A DNA stretch of 64,000 nt. Source: Trichodelitschia bisporula. Lineage: Eukaryota. Of the stretch, positions 35,993-49,456 are shown piece by piece. The notes under the pieces are model-generated. The model was given only the letters and a program-made list of their open reading frames with translations, searched no databases and was not told the origin of the DNA. Location of the stretch: positions 868,001 through 932,000 of the forward strand of contig ML996693.1 in the NCBI GenBank assembly GCA_010356995.1, written 5' to 3'. The translations under genes and the position numbers were made by a program. How positions within the stretch are numbered: position 1 is the first letter of the stretch; each line of letters starts with the position of its first letter.

Positions 35993-36130
35993 AACTAGAG
36001 CTGATAAGCAAACGGCGATCAGAGATACCACTGTCCGAATCTAGACTGTTCACCGTTGAAAAAAACCTGCATGTGGTGGTACAACATGAACAGCAAGGCT
36101 GCAGGGGTTTCATTCCATCATTCCTACGTT

Positions 36131-37898
36131 TCAAGTTTCCATAGCCTCTGCATCATCCTCCCCCGCCGTCCCCTCATCATCACCCCACAATCCCTCGAGC
36201 TTAAACTCCTTCGCCCACTCCTGCACCACCATCTTCTGGTCCTCCGACCCAGTACCCACCTCCGACCCAGTAACCACCGCCAACACGGGCGGATCCATCC
36301 AGCCCTGGATGCGCCCATCGCGCCAATCCGTAATCACCGTCTGCGCCGCTGCGTGCACATTCGGCACGCCGCCGCGGCCCAGCCGGCCCCGCTTGCGCGC
36401 CACCTGCACCAGGAAATCGGACGTGATGTCGCCGCCCGTGCTCATGAGCGGGGGGAGGTCGTACACCTTGAGCAGTTTGTCGAACATATCCTGCGAGGCC
36501 GAGAGGCGCTTAAGCAGTAACGTGACGGCCGGAACCGGGTCATCGATTTCCTTGGGCGGGATAGCATTGAGCAAAATCAAGCGCGCCTGCTCCTCGGCCT
36601 TCGCCGCCTTGCCCGTCGCGCCGCTGGCAGCGGGGAACACAATGCCAGGCGAGTCGAGCAGCTTGAGCTTGTTGTCGAGCTTGACCTGGCGCAGGCTTGT
36701 CGTGACGCCGGCTTCAGCGCCGACGGGACAAGCGGCGGTCTTGGCGCCCATGCGCGAGGTCAGGGCGTTGATGACGGAGGACTTGCCGACGTTGGGGTAG
36801 CCGATGACGCCGACGGAGATGGCGCGCTTGAGGCTCTTGGCCTGGGCGTAGGACTTGAGGGCCTTGAAGAGGGACTCTGAAGTTCCCTTTACGGTGAGCT
36901 GCTTGTGGTCGAAGGTGCGCGCGTTGGAGGCGGGCATGGAGGCGCGGAGGGGGAGCGTCGGGAAGTAACGCCGCAGGTGCGTGAGCCAGGCTTTGAGGAC
37001 GGGAGGGGGGACGAGGTCGATCTTGTTGAGGATGAGGATGAGACGCTTATTGCCGCCGTCTGCGGTCATGATCTGTCGCTCTACTTCGCGGGAGCGGGTG
37101 CCCTCCGGGTCGCGGGCGTCGAGCACGTAGAGGACGACGTCCGCCTGGTCCACGACTTGCTTGAAGACCTTGTCGAAGGCTTTTCTTGACGAGTCTGTCC
37201 GCGAGCCGGGCGCAGACTTGGTTGTGAATGTAGTGCCATCATCGATGCCGTCCCAGACCTGCTCCTCCTCCTCTTCGCTGTCTTGCATCGCCTCTGCATC
37301 TTCCTCATCGAGTCCTTGGTACTCGGCTGCACGGGCGCGCGCAGATGCGAGTAGCGCCGCCATCGGGTTCACGCCATCCTGTGTCTTGTTAGATCCGTTG
37401 AATTAGCCAGCCTGGGTATACGCACATCGACCATTTCGTCGTCGACTTCCACCTCCTCGCCACTCTCTTCCTCAACGTCAGACTGACCGTTCATCTCTTC
37501 ATCGCTATCCTCTTCAGTGACAGCTGCCCTCCGAGCCTTAGCGTCTGCCTTCTTCTGCTGTGCCTCGTCTTCCCTCTGCTGCTTCTTCTGCTCAATCTCC
37601 TGCAGCAACTTCTCCTTGTACGGGAACAGATTCGGGATACCGGGATCCTTCTTCAACTTCGATCGCCACGTCGGGTCCTGCAGTACCGCAATTAGCACAC
37701 CCTTGGTCACACATGTACCGCGCGCTATAGCTAACCTTCTTCGCCAATTTGCGGTTCTTCCTCTGCTTCGCGGCTGATGCCTTCTCGATCTTATTCCGGA
37801 GGCGCACTGGAACGCGCTTCGACTTGGGTTCTACAGTGACGTTAGCAGCAGCAACAACAAGGAAGTCCTCGCAGCAAAGACTTACTTCCGATCCTCAT
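36131..37898 (-). CDS. NUG1: Nucleolar circularly permuted GTPase Nug1/Grn1, multi-exon
   Basis: KPKSKR..., KKDPGIPNLFPYK; DARDP, NKID (G4), GYPNVGKSS (G1), DSPG (G3), DWRDGRI. Confidence 0.96.
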
Positions 37899-38417
37899 GG
37901 CTGGATGTGAATATCTTGCCTCAGTGTGGTGTGGTGAGGCGTATGGGAGCGATTCAATGTTGTCGGAGGCTCGTCCACACCCAACAATATTTCCGGGCGG
38001 CGTCTCAAAAATTTAGAAATGCCAAGCCCCCACACTGGCCCCAAAATGGCCTAGAACGATGCGCGACGGCTCTCGGGTGGGGCATCCATCAGCCTTGTCG
38101 TTAGTCATCCATTCGACCTAACTCTCACCTGCTTTACTGCGACAACAGAGACTGTGGATGGTAAAGTCTACATTACTCGCGATGCTTTAGTGGAAGGGGC
38201 ATCACTGTGACTCGCGCATACGTCACACCTTCTTCAGCACAGCTCGTTCTCACACCAGTCCCTTCACCACACAGTGGCAGTCCAGACTCAATCGATCACC
38301 GCAGTTGCATTCCATCTAACTCCCAACCATCCCATCATTACCCTCACACCTAAGACTGATACCAGCCAACGCAATCCCCAGCGCCGTAAACACTTTTCCC
38401 TCCCCCCCTCCGCCCAT

Positions 38418-39830
38418 CTACCCACTCAGCAAATCCCTAACACTCATCCCGCGACACTGCCCCTCCCTCCCCTCCCCCCCTCTCCCCCCAGCATCCCAAC
38501 TATACGCCCTCCTATCCTTCGTCAACATCATCAACGCCGCCGTCGCCGTAGCCTCGCCCTCCTCTCCCGAGCCCCCTGCCGGACTAGCCCCCACACTCCC
38601 CGTAGCCCCCTCTCCTCTCCCCCACCGCGCCTCTCCCGCCGTAGCAACCACACCCGCGCCTTCGAGCCCCAACGTCGCCAGCGGTGGCAACATGGGCGAA
38701 GACTGCGCCGAGTGGCGCGGAGCAGGACCGAGGTACGTCTGCGGCGGGGGGTAAGGGTGGAAGTGCAGCTGCGGCTGGACACAGCTAGTCGGGGAGATAG
38801 ACTCAGCCTCGCGGCGTGTAGCAAACGCGGGCTCGGGCTCCTCGAGCGCGCCAGCCCCAAGCTCCTCATACTCAACATCATCCTCCCCCTCCTCTGGCCC
38901 CTCATCCTCCCCCTCCGGCTCGCTACTCTCATAGTCCCCCTCATCCGGATGTCTCTGCGGCATAATCCTGGGCGTAGGATCCAACTCCACAGCCTGATGC
39001 GCCGCCTTCACCGTCTCAAGGCACGTCTGCAAATAGCGTACATACTCAATCGCCGCCTGCCACGCGTTAGCCCCATCCCATCCCCCCATCCAAGGCCTAC
39101 ATACCTGCAAAATCGCCAACTTATGCATCTTCCCCCTCTCCTCCCCCCGTCCCCGACACGCCGGCACCAAATCCCTCAGCGTATCAAACTCCTCATTCAT
39201 CTTACTCCTTCTCTTCCGCTCAATCGCCGAGTGCGCCTTCTTCCGCGCCACCTTTTTCGCCGCCACGGTACTCGGCCCCGCGTCCTTACGCCGCCCCGAG
39301 GCCGGCGCCCTGGCCGCAGCACTCCCTGGCCCAGCGGCACCGGCAGGCGCGACCGCGCCGGCCGCTCCTGCTCCCGATCCAGCTGCCTCGCGGTTTCCCC
39401 GCCGCGCGGGTCCCGCGGTCACTGCTTCGGTGGCTTTGGCGCGCACGTTCATCTGGATGATTTTGCGGGCGCGGGTGGGCGGCGGGGGGAGGGTGTACTT
39501 CGCGGGTGCGGCTGTTGCGAGGCCGGGGGGCTCGGCGTCGTTGGCGCGCCGGCGTTTCGCGGGGCGTGGGCGGGGTTCTTGTGGTGTGTCGAGGGTGGTG
39601 CGTGCAGAGGCGGAGGAAGATGCTGTGGAGGCTGAGGAGGTGGAGGAGGAGGCTGATGATGTTGTTGAGGATGAGGTGGTGGAGGTTGATGAGGACGCGG
39701 AGTTGAGGGAGTCGGCGGCGGGAAGGGCGGGGGGTGGGAGGAGGAAGGGCTCGTCTGTGGATGTGGAGAGCTGTCGTTTCGCGTTCGTGGGGATGGACGT
39801 TGATGAGGGGGGAGTCGGGAGGGTTGCCAT
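38418..39830 (-). CDS. bHLH transcription factor, 2 exons
   Basis: KKAHSAIERKRRSKMNEEFDTLRDLVPAC...MHKLAILQ/AAIEYVRYL; 48-nt intron 39104-39057; C-terminal AALMML and GMSVRDLLS. Confidence 0.93.
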   Translation of the reverse strand: MATLPTPPSSTSIPTNAKRQLSTSTDEPFLLPPPALPAADSLNSASSSTSTTSSSTTSSASSSTSSASTASSSASARTTLDTPQEPRPRPAKRRRANDAEPPGLATAAPAKYTLPPPPTRARKIIQMNVRAKATEAVTAGPARRGNREAAGSGAGAAGAVAPAGAAGPGSAAARAPASGRRKDAGPSTVAAKKVARKKAHSAIERKRRSKMNEEFDTLRDLVPACRGRGEERGKMHKLAILQVCRPWMGGWDGANAWQAAIEYVRYLQTCLETVKAAHQAVELDPTPRIMPQRHPDEGDYESSEPEGEDEGPEEGEDDVEYEELGAGALEEPEPAFATRREAESISPTSCVQPQLHFHPYPPPQTYLGPAPRHSAQSSPMLPPLATLGLEGAGVVATAGEARWGRGEGATGSVGASPAGGSGEEGEATATAALMMLTKDRRAYSWDAGGRGGEGREGQCRGMSVRDLLSG

Positions 39831-40451
39831 CGTGAACGATGTTGATGATGATCTGGCCCTGATGAGGCTGAAAGCGCAGAAACCGCGCGCACACGACTTG
39901 CCCTAGCCGAGCGTAGCAAACCGTGGCAAGGCGTACCGTATCGTCGCTCAAACACACGCTCGTCAACACCGTCACGTCGATAAGGTTAAATTCAACTGCG
40001 CAAAAAAGGACCAGCTCAAACCACCCAGCCCTTCGGGAGGGGAACCGCACCTAACTTATCCCTCGCCCACCAGCAGGCGCACACACACACACCCCCCACA
40101 CGCCCACCAGCCAGAACGGGGGAGTGATCGCGTGTGCAACGTGACGGCACCTCGTCCGCTAATTGGCCCACCCCATTACGGCCATTCCCCGCCCAGGCTG
40201 CGCACAAGAGAAATGCTGCACATTCAACCCCATATTCAACCTCACCCCGCCCCATCCAGTCCCATCCACGCCCTCAATCTCCTCCCACAGAGTTCCCCCA
40301 TCTGAACACCCGCAATCACCCATCAACCCCGCCCCCGCCCACGCCCCACGGCCGCGCTCCAGCCCGGCAGGTAATCGCGTGCGCAACTCCCGCGAGCCGA
40401 TTGGTTGGCGCGGGCGCGGGCTGGACGGCGGGTGCAAGGCGCGGGTGCGTG

Positions 40452-40650
40452 CACGTGGGGTTCGGGGGGAAGTTGTTGCCCCGCTTCCCTCCCCAGATGG
40501 GGTCTGGGGCAGGCGGGGACTTTTGGAGATTTCTGGGGAGAGGTGGAGAACCAGAAGGCGGAGCACGTGCGAAGGGGCTTGGATGGTGAGGAGGGGCACG
40601 TGGGGTGGGAGACTGGAGATTTGGTGATGGGCGTTGTTGAGGAGCACGTG
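40452..40650. promoter_or_regulatory. Cluster of four CACGTG E-boxes upstream of the bHLH gene
   Basis: CACGTG at 40452, 40564, 40597, 40645, all preceded by G on the + strand. Confidence 0.65.
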
Positions 40651-41105
40651 AGGAGGCATAACGGCGGGAATATGGCGGAGGTACGGTAGACGACCTCATG
40701 CTCTCTTCGAAGCCATGAGAGAAGCGGTAGGTACGTGATGCTCCATCGAGGAAAGCGACGAGCGCCCAAAGCCTACCTGAAAAAAGTTGGAGCTTCCTCT
40801 TAAGAAGTCCTTGCTGCACTTCTCCCAGGGCTGTTACGACAGAGGAGGCATATACGTTCTCGTCAGGGCAGTTGCGAGTTTTTCAGGGAGCCCTGAGTCC
40901 AAGGGCTTCTCAAAAAGATCGTGGCCACTCCCCCTAGATAGAGTGTGGCTGCCTATCTCCGAGAGCTTTGCTACTTAACCAAGCAGAGACTATCAGTGAA
41001 AGCGTCCACAGCTTTTTTCGGGTAGCTCTCCCAACACTGCAACAACAGCCTCGCCCCGTACGTGACCGCCTGAACCACAACTCCATCTCCACTCATCATC
41101 ACCAC

Positions 41106-41162
41106 AAGACAAGGCAAGGCAAGGCAAGGCAAGGCAAGGCAAGGCAAGACAAGGCAAGGCAA
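41106..41162. repeat. (AAGGC)n pentanucleotide microsatellite
   Basis: About 11 units including two AAGAC variants. Confidence 0.95.
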
Positions 41163-42298
41163 AGTCAATTCAATTCCGCATCCGAGAGCCCGGCCCTCAA
41201 TGAAGCCGCAGCTGAGTAAACAAATGGCCAATGTCGCCCGCTCCCTAACCCACACTCCCCCTCCTCCCTATCACCCCCGCCACCCGCGCCACCAGTTTTC
41301 GTAATCCTCACTCAACCTCCCGCAGCGGGCCGGGAGGGCCGAAGGCCCATCCCGAAGAACCGCTGGAAGAGTGATTACTCTTCGTATCGGCGGGACATCA
41401 TCGTCGTACTCTTACGAGCTCACACGAAGCAACGGAAGCATCAAGAGTCCACTCGCATGCAATTCTACTACTCTCTTCCACCTTCTCCCCTAACCTCCCC
41501 CCCTTGTCATCCCCCTAAAAGCACAAAACGAATGAGGCCGTGACGTAGCGACAGACAAACGCAAGCGACAGAGAAAGGTGCGAAAAACCCAAGAGTCGAT
41601 CCAAAGAGTGATCCTTCCTACCGGCCTCCCTTTCCATACCCCCATTACCCTGTTGTTGCTGCTTCCCGGACACGATCCCCTCAACCGCCTGAAACAGCCG
41701 ACAGACCAAGTCGACCATATGTACCATCCCAATGTTGTTTCCCAGCTACTCCATACAAGCACAAAGACCCAGCCCACTGTACATGCGCCCCTTCTGCCAT
41801 CCCCAAAATGGTTCCACAAAAGTAAGAATGTTCATCCATGACCAAGGTATTAAAGATTAGTAGTGGTGTCGCAGCCGAGTAAGGCGCCCCGTCTCTACAC
41901 ATGACTGGGGGCTGGCAGTTGCGAAAAACATAAAGATCAAAGTCGGCTTGAACAAGAGCTTTTGTCCTCCACACCACACATACACAGAGCTCAGAATACA
42001 AAATCTCGTCTCAAAGGAAACCAGGGGTTCCCATCTCGTCTCTCAATCTCCAAAGCCGGGAGACGGGTATAAGATAACGCACACAATACACACCAAAGAA
42101 AGATCCATAGAGACATTAGTGGCCCGAGCCAGCCCCGTCCATATCCATCCATCAGTCGAAAGCTCGAAGATAGCCGCACCGGAACACCACATTAGGCTCT
42201 CCAAAAAGGGTGCCATACCGGCCAAGAGACGCCCCAACGCCCCGCAGAGCAAGCAAGCAAGCAGAAAAAAAACACAAGCAGCAAAGACTCTCAGGATG

Positions 42299-44475
42299 CT
42301 AACCTGAATTCGCAAAGTCCTGCGGCCCATGATTCGCAAAGTGGTACACTTTAGGCTGATCCGCTCCGCGCTGCGACTGCTGCCCCGTCGTTGATGACGG
42401 CGCATACTCATGCACTGAAAAACCAGCCTGCACGAGCGCAGGGCCCTCAGGGAGCGGGAGCATGTCCCAGTATTGCTGCTGCTGTTGCTGCTGTTGCTGC
42501 TGTTGTTGCTGCTGCGCCTGCGCCACCATCGGCAGCCCGTGAGGCACCATACCCAACCGCACCGGGTTGCTCATCTGCAAGTCCCCGGCAGAGTTGAACA
42601 TGGGCACCTCGGGCCACTGCATGTGCTGCTCGGCAACCATGGTAGCATCCGGCAGCGATGGCCTGCGCGCATGTCCCTTCTCCTCCGCATAGGCCAGCGG
42701 AACGGCACGTGAACCGGACATCAGTGCCCCGGGCGCAAAATGCTGCTGCATCGCGGGTGCCGACTGCGGCGGCGTGTCGCGGCACATGTCTTGTTGCTGC
42801 TTCCCGAAATAGTACTGCGCCGCGACTTGATGCGTGAACAGCGGCGTTTGAGGAGGAGAAGCCGACACGTTGAGGAACAGCGGGCTATGCGCAGGCACGC
42901 TGTTGACGCCGGGGTCGACAGAAAACTTCATACCACTCTGCCACGGAAAAGGTGCCTCGCTTGGTGTCAAAGGAGTGGGAGGAGCCAAACCGCCAGACAG
43001 CGGTGGCGCCGTGCCAGGCGTCGACAACGACAGCGAGTAGTTGGACTGATGGCGAAACTTGGGCGATGATGCCGCTTCCGCAAAGTTAAGCGCCATGGGT
43101 GAGCGCTGACCCGGGCCGGCCTTCGAGATGCGGCCCGACGAACGCACGCGGTGCAGCGGATGACCCGGTGCAGCGAGGTTGGCGTTCGCACCGGGCGAGG
43201 GCATGCTGCCGGCATGTGGACCACTGCGCAGAGCCAGACTGGCTGGTGCCTGCTTCTGCCGACGCGTAGCAAGGCTGCCGCGTTGGCTCGGCGGCTTGAA
43301 GTCCGGCTCACTCGCGCCATTGCGAATTTCAACACTGTCCATCGACTGGGTCAGCGCTGATGTAGACGAGTTACGCCGTCCAAACTGTTCCATCCCATGC
43401 TCTTGCTCTTGCTGATCGTTTGGCGACACGGCTGTCAGATAGGGAAGCAGTGCCTGATCCAGCTCCTGCTGCCCGCACTGCACCTGCTCCGACGGCCAAT
43501 CAGACCCGTAATTGTGCGCCGAGGTCGAGTCGAGCGGATCAAGGTGGGGGCTGTCATGCTGAATGGACACTGAGAGCGCCGGCTTCTCATCCCAGTGAGG
43601 AAGTGAGTAAGCTGCCGTCATCTGAGGCATGGTGTTCGGGCTGCTCGATTTGGATTTGGAGAGCGCCGTCGTGTCCGGAGTCATGGTGTCTGGTGTGGAG
43701 ACGGGTAAGTTGTTCTCAGGCTGTGTAGCTGCCGTTCCAGACGAAACCAGATACTGGTAGCCCATGTGCTCCGGTACCTGCATGAAGGACATCTCGTGGG
43801 AGTTCTCAATGCCCATGTTCGGTTGCGCAAACATGTCATCAAGGGAGTAATCCTTAGGCATTGGCGGACAGCGATCCATCATCTGCGAGTAGGCCGAATC
43901 CTCCAGGCTTGCAATCACCGTCTCTTGCGAGCAGGACTGTGTCGAGGGCATCGATACGGCGGGATTGTACTCTTGAGTAGCAAAATCGTGCCCGCCGTCT
44001 TTGGGCCCAGACGGCATCTGGTCGTGGAACTCAGTCGTGGGCAGCACAACATTCGGGTTGAAGACGAAATACTCCTGCGGCACCTGCCGAGGCGTAAACG
44101 AATGCTGCGTGAACCACGGCGGCGGGACAGCCGGCACCTGGTAAGCGGCTGAGTGGTGTTGGAAGTTCGCGAAGTACGTCGCGTACGCGTGCTGCTGCTT
44201 TTTGGCGTCCTGCTTGACCTTCGCCCGGCGGTTCTGGAACCAGTTCTGCCTGATGGTTAGCGTGACCCTTCAACCTGACCCTTCCCATTGCAACCCACGT
44301 TAATCTTATCGAGCGGCACGCCGAGCGACTCCGCATACCCCTTCTTGGTGGTGGTAGTCGGCTTATTGTTTTCTCGGAAGTAGCGCTCCAGAATATCGTG
44401 CTGCTCCTTGGTAAGGCGAGGCTTGACGTCGGTGCAAGCCTGCGGCAGCGAGGGCTGGTGATTTTGGCGGTCCAT
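42299..44475 (-). CDS. Homeobox transcription factor, 2 exons
   Basis: KPRLTKEQHDILE..F..NNKP..KKGYAESLGVPLDKIN / NWFQNRRAKVK; intron 44298-44246; polyQ near C-terminus; ends YHFANHGPQDFANSG*; start codon uncertain. Confidence 0.93.
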
Positions 44476-44996
44476 TTCGCTCCTGTTATGAACAGTGGAA
44501 GACCGCAAATGGTAAATGTATGTTCAAAGTGCGATCTCAAGCGATTCGAGACGACTGAAGCTGATTCTGACGAGTTGTAATTATGGCTATTCGGGCTGCG
44601 GTAGCGAAAGACTTCTCAGCACGGCGACATGAAATTAGATGTTCATTAGCGACGGTGTGGTGTTGAGAGTTAGGAACGACGGTCTGGTGATACGATGATA
44701 GTTGGCGATGATGTTGTTCGAGAGTGGTGAACGAATGTCAGTGACCGCAAGGGTCGGGTAGCGAAAGCACGAAGCGGACGTGAGGGCCTGGAGAGCGAGC
44801 GAGCGAGACGAGCGAGTGTGGTGTTTTGGATTTGGAGCGACCGAAAAACGATGGGACGAGAGAGAAGAAAAACGAGAGTGAAAAAAAGGCTTGGGGAGAG
44901 GAAAAGAGGTGTGGGTGAGCGAACAGCGGGCGCGAACGAGGCTCTTTCTTGTTCGTGGAGAAGAGACGGTGGAGCGCTGGGCGACTTCTGTGCGCG

Positions 44997-45046
44997 CTCT
45001 CTCTCTCTCTCTCTCCCTCACTCTCACTCTCACACTCTCTCTCTCT
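44997..45046. repeat. (CT)n imperfect microsatellite
   Basis: Direct reading. Confidence 0.85.
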
Positions 45047-45762
45047 GAGCGGGAGAGCTGGGCACTGCCACAAGGGAGCTACCCACCCGCTTGAGCAGGG
45101 AGGTGGTGAAGTTAAATGTGGAGGAGATCTTTAGTGGACATGGGGTGTGGGGAACATGGAGGGTTGATGTGGATGAAGGATGGTGAAGGAGCAAATATGT
45201 GTTGAGGGAGAACGGTGACTTTAAGTTGTTACTGCAGAAAGGAGGGAGAACTGAGGGGGAATTCACAGGGCCCTCGTGGGGAAGAAGGGGATCCAGTTGT
45301 TTGTGCGGGCAGTTGTTCAGTTCGTGGAGGTGGAGGAGGGTTTTCTTGCTGTGGGGGCAAAGAAAGTAGCAGTGGAGAGGTCGGAGGAAAAGAGGGGAGT
45401 GGAGAGGGGACTGAGGAGGTGGAGAGCGCAAAGCAGTGGGGAGGAGATGCAGACCACCACAAGGGCTTATCCCTGTCAATTGCGCACAACGACGAGCTCT
45501 AAGTGGCTGCTAAGCTGGGAGCTAAGGCGCTAATGACGCATCTGGTCACAGCTCGACATGGAGGTCGATAACACTGGTAAAGATAGGCCATCCGGAGTCA
45601 GAATAGATGCCAAGCATCTTGCTCACCTCATTGGTCATACTTCCCCCCATCGTCCCTTCATTGGCCAGACTCACCCCTCTTCTTCCCCCCTTTGGATTCC
45701 CTTACACATCTCCTACCTCACCATTCAAACCCCATGAAACTGCAGACAAGTGCAGACAAACC

Positions 45763-45786
45763 ACACACACACACACACAAACATGC

Positions 45787-45859
<73 letters not shown>

Positions 45860-45860
45860 A
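45763..45860. repeat. Compound (CA)n / (GA)n microsatellite
   Basis: CA run then ~70 bp GA run. Confidence 0.95.
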
Positions 45861-48800
45861 CTGAGAAAGAAGAAGACCAAGAAGATCAAGAAGATCAAGA
45901 AAGTCAAGAGGGCTTAGACCGCCAGACACCTTGCTGACCACGCTTCCCACCTCGCAGCGTCTCTGCATAGCTGCATCATGACGAGCCTCTGAGACGAGAC
46001 CTGGAGCGCGAATTCTACCCTCGACTCGCTGCATTCGCTGCCTGCGATGCACTCCTCTCATCGCCAACCACTCGTGCTGCTTCCTCCACCTCCATCGCAG
46101 CCGCAAAGGGATCATGCTTCTTGCTGCTTCGCTCGCTGCTTCGCTGCATCTGCACACTCATCGCGACTGGCTCTGCCCGCTCCAGCGACCCCTCCCCACC
46201 AACATCCCTTGATCATTTATTTTTAGGTTACCAAACTCTTACGCTGCTTGTGCTGCAACTCCTCTCTTCCCAGTCCCCCATGCAGCGTTTCCCATCACGG
46301 CATCAGCGTTGCTCTTGCTTTGCGCTCGCGCTCGCTCTCTGCCACCCCCCTCTCCTCCCAAGCATCCAGTAGCTGCCCAAACCCCACCACCACCAACCCT
46401 TAGGGCTCCGACGCCGCGAACACCCGCCGTAGCATTCGGTCACCGGCCGCCGCCCTGGATGAGACGTCATACCCTCCAGTCGATCTCATGTAGGTACGGG
46501 GAGTACAACACCCAATTCTCCCCAGCATTGCAATTGCAGGCCGACCAAAACATCTAAAAGGCGAGGGCCGACATCGCGCGACTCGCCAGCGCGCGAATCG
46601 TGTCTATTAGCCATTCTGTCGTGCATCGGAGATTCAGCAAAAAATAAGGTGTGATGGTGCAAGCGTACGTGCCTTTTGCTCCTCCTTGCTGGGCCACAGG
46701 CGCTGGGCGCGCGCCAGAAAGCTCGTGAGCCGGCGCAGCCGCGAGTCTTCCAAACGCTGTGGGCCATGCGGGCTGCGTGGGTGAGTGAGTGCGTGCTGTA
46801 CCGTCCGCGGCCTTGCGTCGACAGCGTGCTTCGACAGCGTGCTTCTTTTCTTGACTCTCGCGACTTTTCCCACTGCGCTTCCGGTTGGTCCGGCATGCCA
46901 CGTTGGCCTTGATGCGCGCCGTCTGCGCAAAATGTTGGCCTGGCGGTTCAAGTCGCTCCTGCCTGGGTCGTCGCCCTTCCCACCTCGCCGCCCAGAGACG
47001 CAGCTCCACGGCGATGCCAACCGGCAACTGGAAGAGCCCGTCCTCGCGCCTTACACAGCCCATCCCACCGAGCCCGTGGCCTGGCGTCACGCCTCCACCC
47101 CTCTCCAACCTTGCAGTCAAAGTTTCCCCACCCTAGCGGCCGACATGTTGCCCCCCGCCGTCGCTTTTCTCCGCGTCAATTCGCCCGCGCTTCACGCCTT
47201 GTGGCTTACGCCCTGTAGGTTGTGGCCGTGCGCGCCGCGTGAGGGAGGCAAAACGCCGCCTGCCGCACTCCCGAGTCCGCAAAAGCAGTGCTCTTGCTCT
47301 GCTGGGCTTGCGGGCTGGGCCCTGCTGGACTGGACGCTGTCTGGCTCCCCCCTTATCCAGCCGCTGCGGAGGATAAGGGCCCGCTCCCCGGCCCTGCGCT
47401 TGGCCACTGGCGCTGCGTGTGGGCGCCGGTGGTTGGCGGAACTTTCCGACCACCCCATGCGCCGCTGTCGACGCCGCCGCCACCATCGTCGCCTCAGCGC
47501 CTGAGAGGCCGGCCTAGCGCCGCAGGCTTGAGAGGCGGAGGGGCATCACGGGGTGGGCTGACGAGAGAAAAGCTTCCTCTGTGCTTCCCATATTGTTGGG
47601 AACTGGTCTTTTCTGGGACGTTTGCGAGGTGTGCGCGGGTGCAGACTCTCTCCTGGACGCTCTCCTGAGCTGAGGACGATATACGTTCTGTACCGGTAGC
47701 TTCGTTGCGCACCCTCCCCGTCTGCCGCCAACCGCCTGGCGTGCCCGCTTCGAGAGACGTGGGGTGAGCGATGGACCGCTGGTGTTGTGCTCCGCACATC
47801 GGCCCCGGGACCAATAAGCAGCTCGCTCCAGACGGGCTGCCCTGAAGGCCTCAAGGCAGTGCAGCGACGCTCAACTGCAGGGCCCACAGACGAACAACGA
47901 TCGGAGCAGATCAGTCGACGACCCGGTCTGGGCGCCCAGCTTCGGCCCTACGATCGACTGCGCGGCGCCGGCGCTGCTTTTGCCATCATGATGAAGCAAA
48001 ACAATTCCCCGACCAAACGCAACAACTGAAGCCTTGACGATCGGCAGACTCGCCCGCCCGCCGCAACGCCGCGCCAAGGGTGTCATCGGCGCGCCGATGG
48101 TGCCAAGCGTTGCGCCGACGAAATTCAAATCATAGCCCCCGCTTGCCCGCTTCCGGCGACGCCACTCACGCGCCCTTCTCCAGGCCAGCCTGCCGGGGTC
48201 GGCACCCCGGTCCAGGGCCGTCGTTCGGGTCGTGGGTTCCGCCGGCGCGGCCTGCCCGTCGCGTTCCTTGCAGCTGCAAACCATCGTCGTCGCGTCGTCG
48301 TGCGACACCGCGCCGGCGCGCTAGATGATTCGTATCATGGCCGCCAGAAGCTCTGCGAGCGCGTCCGTAGGCTTGCCCGCGGCGTAACACAGCTGTCGGT
48401 CGAAGGGGGTAACTGCGATGTTCGGGATCCGATCGAGCTGGCATCTGCATGCCGATTGGGTCGTGAATGGTACCGCGCTTGTAACCGCGGAGCCCTTCGA
48501 GAACCAGTCATCCACGGAGTCTTTTGATAGCCAGCGATCGGCTACACTTGCATCGGCGCGCGCTCCAATGACAATGGGATACTTGCTCGCTGCTTAATAA
48601 AGAAAAGGGAGGATCCGTAGACCTCCCGCGGCACATTCTAGATCTTCCCCCGTTATAGAACGTTGGCGGAGGGACGGCCACGCGGCGAACGACCAATCAG
48701 ACCTTCCAATCGCCATTTGTACCACGACCGGCGGCCAGCCATGTATTGTTGTCGTTGCGGATATCAAGAGAGTGTCTCTGAATCGTCTTCTGTGTAGCAG

Positions 48801-49456
48801 TGGTACGCGCATCGCCCCGCCAGCCAAAAGCCTCGCGCGTCTCTGTCACATCAACGGTGAAGAAGGGAGCGCGAGAGGCTGCTTCCCGTCTGTTCAAGGG
48901 GTCCGTCACGTCCGAGGCTGCGGTTGCGTGCAGACACATGGCTCCCGCCAGGCCGCGACGTGAGGATGCGCGGGTGATCGCTGCGGATAAGAGACTGGGA
49001 TGCTTAGTGCTGGTGGAAGCCTTCTGCGAATGGTGATATTTGGACTCTGACTGGACGTGAGCTAGGTGATCGCAATCATTGTGGAGAGAAGTTGTGGAAT
49101 TGGCATCGAACTAGATCTGACAGGAATGACAGATTGGCAGTCGGACGATAAGAGAGACTACGGACGACACACGCGGATGATACCGAAGCGCTTTTGAAAT
49201 GAGGTGATGTTGAAATTGAGGCCTCGATATTATGGAGATTATCAGACTTGGCGTGGGGAACATAGACGTCCGTCATCAGCAGCCCTGACCTCACCCTTAC
49301 GCAACTTTCACGTCACATGATATCGGGATTTTATGATAGTCACATTCTATCTTGGCCTTCTAGGGAAAACGCCGTCTAACCCGTCTAGTGTGTCGTTTCT
49401 CAGTCTCTGGAACCGGAGAAACCAATGCCATGCACCCAGCAAGGAATTCGGCCTGA

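Noticed and set aside
38005..38016. RRPE-like AAAAATTT upstream of NUG1
   Set aside because: Fits a ribosome-biogenesis gene but is a short partial match, too weak to call
38274..39635. 453-aa plus-strand ORF (also 8439-9530, 14041-15018, 51509-52663 and similar)
   Set aside because: Antisense shadows of real genes in GC-rich DNA with no recognisable domains
46486..48330. Several 100-240 aa ORFs upstream of the homeobox gene
   Set aside because: No domain features, codon pattern or splice structure; expected by chance at this GC content
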